A DNA stretch of 57,964 nt, the filler included, from Catajapyx aquilonaris (taxonomy: Eukaryota), in assembly GCA_000934665.2 (NCBI GenBank). It is 3 parts of 3 records of this genome, joined end to end, with 100 filler letters (N's around TTAATTAATTAA, not from the genome) between each part and the next. Parts side by side here need not be neighbours in the genome. Positions count along the whole stretch, not along the records: positions 38,746 to 57,964 come from JYFJ02006518.1; 2 more parts are not named here. The stretch is one strand, 5' to 3'. Position 1 is the first letter of the stretch, and the number at the start of each line of letters is the position of its first letter. Positions 49,366 through 57,964 of this stretch are shown here, piece after piece. The notes below the pieces were generated by a model that saw nothing but the letters and a program-made list of their open reading frames with translations, did not search any database and had not been told where the DNA came from. The position numbers were made by a program, and so were the translations under genes.

Positions 49366-51723
49366 CCCTCCCTCCCCTCCCATTTCCCCAACCTGCAATT
49401 GGGCAGCCCAGCTTCATCCACATGCAGCCCCTGCTTGCATGTACTGTATGCCCCTGCTACTGCTGCTGCTGGCTGCTGCACCTTCTCTCCAAAGACACAC
49501 CTTGTTCCTGCCCACTCAAACTCATTACCGCTCATCCCCAAATTACTTGCGAGTATATTAACTCAACGTCCAAATGAAATAATTACTGAAGCAATGAATT
49601 CAGTCCTCATTAGATTTTCCCTCCGATTGCCCTCTCTAATAAGTACACTGTCTATAGCACTGGGTTTTGATAAGTCTTATGCGGAAGATTTTGGGACATG
49701 GTGACTTGGTGGGGGAAAAAAAATGCATTTGCCTGCAGCCCATGTCGATATTTTCGTAAGCCTTAAGTCTGGTTGCTACGACAGTGTACATAGGTCCCAA
49801 GGCAGTTCACTCGGGCATCAACTGAATACACAAAGCTGTCGTCTGCGACATGACTATGTGATTCTCCATGGAACCACGATTCCAACCGCGTATCTAATAT
49901 TCACAAAGGACATTTTTTTTTTCCTTCGTCTTCTTTCTCTCTAAGAGTGAGGCGACCCAGGGCAAGTTTACTAGCCCTCATGAAAAACGGACCTTAAAAT
50001 GCCAGTGGCCATTTCCGTAAAGGAGTGTAATTCCCTTGGTTTTTACACCTGCACCCCTTCGCCTTTTATGCCTCTTTTAAGAAGCGGGACCGGGGAAATA
50101 TATATTTTTTATTTGTCCCCCCCCCCCCCCACCCACTTTTCCTTACCCTTCTTATTTACAGCGGGTATCTTTTAGGCTCCCGAGAGGTCGTCCCCCGGGT
50201 TGAGGGGAGTTAACCCGAAGCTTTTACACCCGGAACATCTCCGGGGCCCAAAGTGTCCTTCCAGGTAATGAGGGATGACATAAAGCAGGGAATTATCCGG
50301 GGAGGAGATGCGGACTCCGGGCGTACTTCGTCGTAAAGAAAGTGCGTCAAATGCAGGCCTGGACTGGGATATGTCGGCCGCTCCGGGATTTAATGTCGCA
50401 TCTTATCTCGACTCCTAACGGCCTCCACTCGCTCCAATTCATTTCTGCTCCCTTTCCTTTTATTTTACTGCCCCCCTCCCCCCACCCCTGTCCCAGGACA
50501 CACATACCCCCCATTTTTTGGGGCTTTTCCAATTGGTCCCCAGGAAATTAGGCGCATTCCTAGGACCCACCAGACTTTCTGCTACATCAACTTTGCCACC
50601 TTGCACAAAAATTCGAGGGGGGGGGGGGGTTTGCAATCACCATTGTTCTATTGTGGAGTTAAGATTGCTTTTGAGGTATGGGTAGATTCTCAAGAATGTA
50701 CTCGTCATCCTAGTTAGTCAACCTGGTCGCTTCTCCTGTGGTTGAAATTGAGTTATGAACACAGGAGAATACCTTGCTACGGTGCTTTATCGATCTATGA
50801 TATACCCTCTAGTACGTGATCCCTCCGGAAATAGTGAACATACCCCCCCACACGGGTCTAACATGTGACATTGATCGCAAAACATGATCTTGAAGTAGCG
50901 CACCAAGTGGCTTTTGGATGCGACTTTGAATCTAAATTTACAGTTAAAAACGGAATATTGCTACTTTAACACTAATGATATTGAACAAAATTTGGTACGG
51001 TAATGAAAGATGCCATTTTGGCAAGAAGTAATAGCAAACATGACCAGAGGGAAGGGTAAAAATAGTTTTGGGCTTAGTACATCGACCGTTATTTCCGAGT
51101 GCTTTTTTCCAGGCCCATTTCCAGAGCTCTATTTTATTGACATTTTTTTTTATTTACTCTTTGCAAATATTCCGGATTTTGCCTCAACTAATGGCACTGT
51201 ACATATTTATGCATTATGGCCTGTTGAATCGTTAGGCGTGTCCGACATGTTGCGACTCGTAAAATATTAGCAAATATACAGGACGTGCCATTTGAAGTGT
51301 CCGGAGTTGTTAGCAATTTTTTTCATTAGCCTAACTGTTTATTTTTAATTAGTTACTTTGGAACACCGACGTTTTGTGTTATCAAAATTGTTAGGCTGCT
51401 AATATTAGGTTGAAGGGATGCTACTTTTGAAACTAATATAAGTGGGTTTAGGCTGCAAAAAAATTGGTTCAACCACTGTCCCGAAATGCCTAATGGGTCT
51501 CACTCTTCAATATATCTATTAAATCCAGATGATATGACTTAATAATTACATTCAACCTTATAATAGCAGATTTTTTTGATAACCCCTTACAATAACATAC
51601 TGTTCCAAAGTTTATTATTATTATTAGTAAGAAGCTTTGTGTGAAAAATTATTCACTTAGGACACCAGTTGGACCCAGTTGGAACTCATTCACGTATGCA
51701 GATGTACTGCACACGACCAAGCC

Positions 51724-51842
51724 CAACAATTAACAGTAGTTATGTAACTTTAATGTATGTAACTTTAACGTTGCATTCAGTGGCATGATGCCACTGAATG
51801 CAACGTTAAAGTTAGGACTTACTTAACTACTGTTAACTGTTG
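51724..51842. repeat. Near-perfect palindrome (27 bp perfect arms with a 1 nt spacer at 51760-51814, plus an outer inverted pair)
   Basis: TAACTTTAACGTTGCATTCAGTGGCAT-G-ATGCCACTGAATGCAACGTTAAAGTTA. Confidence 0.9.
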
Positions 51843-52182
51843 TCATTACTATGCAAGCCACAATAACAATTGCAGCAAAAGTGACATCAGTTTGAACTTA
51901 AATAAATCATAGTATGCACAGGTATGCAGTATGCAGGTGTAGGCTACACATGGTTTGCGAATGACTGCCCCCTCGGTTGGAATATACTGTATATACTGGT
52001 CGGTACTTTTGAATGTTACCTTTGGCTCCATGTGTAGTTAGGAGACGACTGTAAATAATTAGTGTTGCTAATACGTAGCGTTGCCTCATTTGCAAAAAGT
52101 CCCTCATTCAGTTCACTTACACTGGATGTGTATTTCTCGTCATATTTTCCTCGTCCCAATCTATAGTGGAGGGTTCATTATA

Positions 52183-52500
52183 CAGGGTGATTAATTACTT
52201 CCGAATATTGGGTGGACAGAGATTCTGTGAGTTCTTCCAAGAGTAGAGACTCTTCCTAATTTTGTTGTCTATGAGGCATGGTGAAGGAGTGCGATGGAAT
52301 TAAGTTTTAGTGTCATCCTCGTGTGAATTATAGGTGATATCCTGCTGGTCAGGCCACCATATGCTCTTACTTGTTGTTGTAGAGTAGCCTAACAAGTAGG
52401 ATCCATCCCTATAATTCACATTAGATCACGCGAATAAATGATGCAAATAATTTTGGTCTTGGAATCGGTGCCAAATACTCGAGAGATATTGACCACCCTG
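52183..52500. mobile_element. Old CAGGGTG-family MITE
   Basis: TA|CAGGGTGATTAAT ... ATTGACCACCCTG|TA; internal GTGAATTATAGG / CCTATAATTCAC pair. Confidence 0.6.
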
Positions 52501-53674
52501 TATATAGAGCGTGCTCTTTGTGATTCAATTTGCCTGGTCTTGACATCATGACCAGGAGCGGTTGTAGTACACTACACAATTTTTTATTTCATCGATTTTT
52601 CTGCTTTAGTGTTGGGTTAGTTAATAAATTCTTGATATTATAATTATCTAGTATTTGGACAGGTGGAATGTCGCAGTTCAACAGTAAATAAGTAAGAAAC
52701 ATCCATGAAAATAATCAGTAACAAATTCGACGAGGCAGCACAAACGAGAAGTGGAACAAGCCCTAGTGACTAGGGGCCCTCGTCTGTCACCCTGGGTAAC
52801 TTACCCACAGGGCTTCATCCATGGCAACGTATATAAATGATAGACGTAAACAACAAGGTACCCAAATGGGCAAGCTACCCATGGTGACCAGAGTATATGG
52901 ACCTAAAAAGACAAAATGTCACATATGTCGACTGAGTGACAGATTTAAAAAGAAAACAATGATTCAGAGGCACAAAACAGTGCGAGCGACGGTTATATGC
53001 TACCAAGGCAAGGCCGACTGCTATTATTTAGTCAAGTCCTGCCATCGTGAAATATGCTCTTGACTCCTATTCGTCGATCTCTACGTCAGTAACAGACTCT
53101 CGCACAATATGTGGTCCTTCCACCTTATAGCTGTCTAGTGTTGTATTCCGGCAGTCATCTCTCTCTGCGCTCTGTTGCCAAGCCAGTATATGCATTTATG
53201 ACAAAAAAAAAGTTTCGGACAAACGCATATTGCTATACAACCACCAGCACTCTAGCAAGGGGTAGGTCAAGGGGGAGGGGGGGAAACACCATATAGCATA
53301 CTGACATGTTTGTTGGTATTTACTCCCATGATTTATCAACTGACATTTCGTCACACAAAATTTTCTGTTTCTCAGTTACCTCCAGAAACTATTGGCGAAC
53401 ATGTATAATTCAAATACGGACTTCAGGCCTCGATGTTGTATATGAAGTACAGTCAAAAAAGTTTTGCCCGATTTTTTTTCCATGCATAATATTTTATAGC
53501 TGAGGGCGACAAAACTTTTGCATGTGCGTGGATGAGGGGGGGAGAAGGGGGTAGAGTAAAAAGTGGGAGGGTGATCACGACTCACCACTGGCGCATCTAA
53601 TGGACGTCTTCTACCACATTTTACTCCAGGTGTTCTGCATCAAAAAGTCTACATGTCCCTGTTATTGTAAACTA

Positions 53675-53863
53675 CACTCTTAACCATTTACCTTCTCTAA
53701 AAGAGGGTAAGAAAGTGGCCATTTTTTACCTTACATTGTAGGGTAAATATTCTTGGGTAAATTTACCTTAGAATCAATTTACCCAAGAATATTTACCCTA
53801 CAATGTAAGGTAAAAAATGGCCACTTTCTTACCCTCTCTAGAGAAGGTAAATGGTTAAGAGTG
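53675..53863. mobile_element. Palindromic CACTC-ended MITE (CMC/EnSpm-like)
   Basis: TA|CACTCTTAACCATTTACC ... GGTAAATGGTTAAGAGTG|TA; ~88 bp near-perfect arms, short loop, repeated TTTACC/GGTAAA. Confidence 0.85.
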
Positions 53864-56800
53864 TACTTAGGAGTTTAAAAAAAATTACCTCCACATAATT
53901 ATGTAAACTAAAACAGTACACTCCTACCTAATATTAAAACCAATCGCATCTGCAAACAAAACTCCAACTAAAAAACAAGTTTCCCCATTTCCTCCCCAAT
54001 CTTGACACATTTCTCCGAGGCTGTTTTCAATATTGAGGCAAAAGGTTCCCTCGACACAAACCTATCCACCCCCCTCCCTTTTGCGGTGTGACCCCTGTCA
54101 CAAGCCTCCGGTGTCCTCGCAACAGCCGCGTCTCGACACCCCCACCAGCCCCTTGCCTCCCACCAATCCCAACCCCCTCTCCGCATGATTTACGACACTT
54201 GTCCACCGAAAAATACCCGTTCGCAATATGGCAACGTCGATAGCGGAGGGAGAGGGGTAGTGGAGGATGAGGGAGGAGGAGGGGGGTAATGGGACAGGAG
54301 GAGGGGGATGTGGGGGGGTAGGGGGTAGGGAGGAGTTCCTCTGATTTGCATACGATTTACTGAACGCGGAAATACGCTGCCTGATTTCCCACCGCAGTCC
54401 AATTGGCCCGCTCCCCCTTCATCTTCTGTTTCCTTGCTCTTCGTCATCAAACTGTCCCCAACTGCGAAACTGTCGCCAGAAACTTGCAGGGTCGTTCATT
54501 ATTCATGGCAAAACTCGACCGACTTCTTATAGGCTTTCCAAGTAGAACTTCCAGGACCTGATTTATTCACTAAGGATAGGGGAAGATATCCGATTCGCAA
54601 TTTGGATGTCTATTATTCAGGTTCGGGTACCATCTACATGACACCTGCGGATGATGTCCGGGGGCCTAGGACGGTGCATGGTGGACCTGTGCCAATATAG
54701 GTTAATTACACAGGTTAATAATTACGATTCTAGGTCTTTGATTAATGAATCGTGAGCTAGTATCAGTTGGTCATCTGTTTGCTCTACTAGTTGTTGTTGT
54801 TTTTTTGAGCGGCTATTCTTGAAGCTGGTTCTATTTGAATTTTTAATGAGCAGAGATGCGTGGATGCATGCGTGTGTGTATGTATGGGTAGGTCGCAACT
54901 AACATGGTCAGCGGCGGCGGTAGCAGCGTCCAAGTAGTCTTCTGGGCTGGGGCCTAAACCCCCTCATCCTAGTCTCCTAATCCCGGGGATGGACCTGCAT
55001 AAAGGGCGCTCTCTGCATGCAGCACATATCCCATATGCTTGGAGCTAGGCGAGGGATATTACTAGGATATAGGCCAGGCAAAAGCGCTGCCTGCATATCC
55101 TGCTCGTTCAGAACGCCCGGGAGTTGGGAAAGGGGAGGGGGAGGATGGTAGGGGAGGGAGGGAGGAAGAGGGGGGGGGGAGGCCAATTCTCGCGTTGCAA
55201 AAGGCCTCGCTTCCCACATTTCACATACTCACACACACATGCAAAGGGGAAGCCCTTCTATACACTCTGCCGCTTTCACAGGCAACGTCTCTCCGCGGAA
55301 GATTGGAAAACCAAGGCCGTATTACCATGGCCTCTACTGTACAGCACGGCTCCAACAATACTACATTTGAAGTATGTAGCCAACTTGCTCACACGCCGCA
55401 ACAGGAACTCTGAAGTGCATAGTTAGAAACATGTCTAGAAATACGACGCACACGGGAGTCAAACAACCTAATTAAGTTGGATATTAAATATCACTCGGGC
55501 CAACAATCAATAGGCTACAATGTTGTTAGCCTACAGCCTGAATATTTTAAAAGAAAGTCAAGTATCACTAGCCAACCGATTCAAATGGATAGTGCTTTTA
55601 AATGCAATACGCGTAATAATGATAATACCCGGTATTATTGCCACTCAAAAAAAATAAAAAGCTTTTATAACAGTATTACTCGTCATCCAAAATTAATATA
55701 TTGCGCTGCTGAGCGCGATCGTTTGACTTCCCCCAAACTGTAGAAATGGTAGTCAGGCGGTATACTTGTGCGGTACCGACCTCATATTCATTTCGAATGT
55801 TTCACGGACACCTAACATATCACCTGCAGAAATATATGCCTCACAGACATTCCCTTACTATCTGAATTTCAGTTCAAGTGAAATATTCTCATGCTGTTGT
55901 AATTACATTAGAGTTGCATAGTACTATGTCTATTTTTTTTGTCCAAATCCATTCACAGAGACTCTTCAATTTTGCATACTCTGTGTCGCACTTAGCAAAA
56001 AAATATATTCTGTCACTACCTGCGTCAGATCTGCATAAGCGAATGCCTTCCCTTCAAATGGCACGAAGGCGTGACCTCTAGCAAAGAGTTTAATTGAGAA
56101 AGCGAAGAGTATAATGAAGGGGATCCGGAGGCCAGGGAGGGGTCGTGGGTCCTCCCTCGGAAACCCTTCAGCATTCTAAGCGGTATTTAGATGCACTTTG
56201 GATTTTCTTCCATCAATTCTTGCCCCGATCATCCGAGGGATCATTACAAAATACCGGTAATACCATTCATTACAAGTGGACAGGGAAATCCATACAGAAG
56301 GCTGACTATTCTGTAGATGATAGGCGCTTGTTTATTTATCTCTCGAATGTATTAGCTACATACTCCTACAATATAAAATAAAACGCAGAGAGAAATAACA
56401 TTTTTAAAATTAGAACCTTGTTACTAAGGCAATCTCTATAGCAGCTGCTTTTTCCCACCTCCTATATTAATGACTAAAAATCATGAAGAAAATCTCCATA
56501 TCAGTTATGGTATTTGGATTTAGTCGACTTGTGTATAAGACGATCAACAAAAAAAATATCTCCCGGCACTAAGCGCTTCGAGTGGGGTGAGTTGCCACAT
56601 TTTTTCTCATGGCCCGACGCCCCCCTTCAAACCCCTCGCGCCCCCGAGGGGGGCCGCGCTTCCTAGGTTGGGAACCGCTGTAGTAACGTAATACAAAACA
56701 ACGACCGCAGACATAATTAATAGTACCAGTACTCTAATTTGTCCGCCTATTAACTGTATAATTATACAAATAACAAATACTAAATAGCATTATAATTAGC

Positions 56801-57619
56801 CATTTTATTAAATATGTCGCGCTAGATAATGCCACATATAAAATTTGAACGTGATACACATGTCAGTTATAACCGGACGGAATATTTCAGAACTGGAGGG
56901 CAATATATCCCCCGTATTCGGTAGCCTCCCCAGTCCACACCAACCCCCGACTCCCTCCTTCATCCTCTACACCAGCCCTAATTTGCAAATATTAAAATAC
57001 TACACTTCATCGAGCGAGGATTGGGGCTTGGTTTCGCAATATGCACATTCCTCCGCCTTTATGCGAGCCAAATCAAAGGCTTACTACCCTCTCCTCCCAC
57101 CCTCAGATTCTCTCGCTCCCCACCAGCCTCCAACACACGCACACACAACCAACTCCCCCCCCTCCCCCCCTCATTACTATTCATAGTGGAAGTTTCAGTT
57201 GTTACAAAACGTCTTTCTAGCAAGCTAATAATACTTAGCGGCCTATATTACAATATCGGTATTTCAGTAGCATCGGTGTGTACTGCATTGCCGCCATGCT
57301 GCAAAGGGCAATAGCTCCAACCTCCAGTTATTTTTAACCATATTCAAGAAAAGCTGCAGTATAAACATTCAGAACATAAAGAGCCATATAGAAAAGATGC
57401 CTTGCGGCATTTCCGCCTTCATTTGCATACTCAAATTTTCGGCAACAGAGTTGGCAAATCTGGCCAGAGATGGCAGCACACAAGGTAATCCCTCACGCAA
57501 AGCATGGATTTGAAACCCACAGCCTCATTTCGTATTCTATTATACAGTAGCATCCCCCCCTCTCTCTTCCAGTACTTCTTAAAATCGTCATAACGACCCG
57601 TTTTTGTTGGACATAGGGT

Positions 57620-57684
57620 GCCTCTAGGTGGCACCAGAGGTACTTTCGCCTCCAGGTGGCACCAGAGGTACTTTTGCATCCAGG
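57620..57684. repeat. 28 bp tandem repeat, each unit containing a CTCF-like core
   Basis: GCCTC(T/C)AGGTGGCACCAGAGGTACTTT at 57620 and 57648, partial third copy. Confidence 0.7.
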
Positions 57685-57964
57685 TTTCAGACCTAGGTTG
57701 ATCTCACAAGGCAATTTGGCTCGTTCATGATTGCAGCTTTCCCACACATACCAGAAGCCGTCTCGCAGAAACCACACGTATGAGTTTTGCATCGATCCAA
57801 CGAGTGTGGGCTAATCTACGCCTCCTAGCAACAGAAACAATGACCTAGGCAACAAACGGAGGGGGAATCTAGATAGATAGTAGCGGCCAGCATCAGCTCC
57901 ACTCTCCGATTGTCGATCCCAATCGCCACTTTAATTCCAGGCCATGCATCGCCCCCACCCACCC

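Noticed and set aside
38746..57964. Longer ORFs in the third piece (e.g. 45282-45815, 46795-47271, 49156-49704)
   Set aside because: Low-complexity purine/pyrimidine tracts and microsatellites; no recognisable domain or consistent splice structure

Overview
Eukaryotic genomic DNA, probably from an arthropod or other invertebrate. The window is three pieces (1-19355, 19456-38645, 38746-57964) joined by artificial 44N-TTAATTAATTAA-44N linkers, so their adjacency is unproven. The only clear host gene is a p68-family DEAD-box RNA helicase (DDX5/DDX17/Rm62/DBP2), seen as two + strand exons (19811-20069, 25171-25230). They are followed by a >=13 kb intron at the position of the conserved DBP2/p68 motif-V intron. 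Most other interpretable sequence is non-autonomous DNA transposons. These include Tc1/mariner (rosa/DD41D-like) MITEs with TA|CAGGGTG ends, hAT, pogo-like, piggyBac-like, Kolobok-like, Harbinger-like and CACT(G/C) elements, two or three small Helitrons, a truncated THAP-domain ORF and decayed transposase fragments, many of them nested. There are also several minisatellites and motif arrays. No rRNA, tRNA, CRISPR array or intact retroelement ORF was seen, and almost all listed ORFs are spurious. I found no convincing wholly new system. The most interesting items are a fold-back element built from two opposed transposase 5' ends, the hairpin-loaded p68 intron, a probable Kolobok transposase fossil and a possible Helitron end-bypass event. 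All family assignments come from motifs read by eye and need database confirmation.
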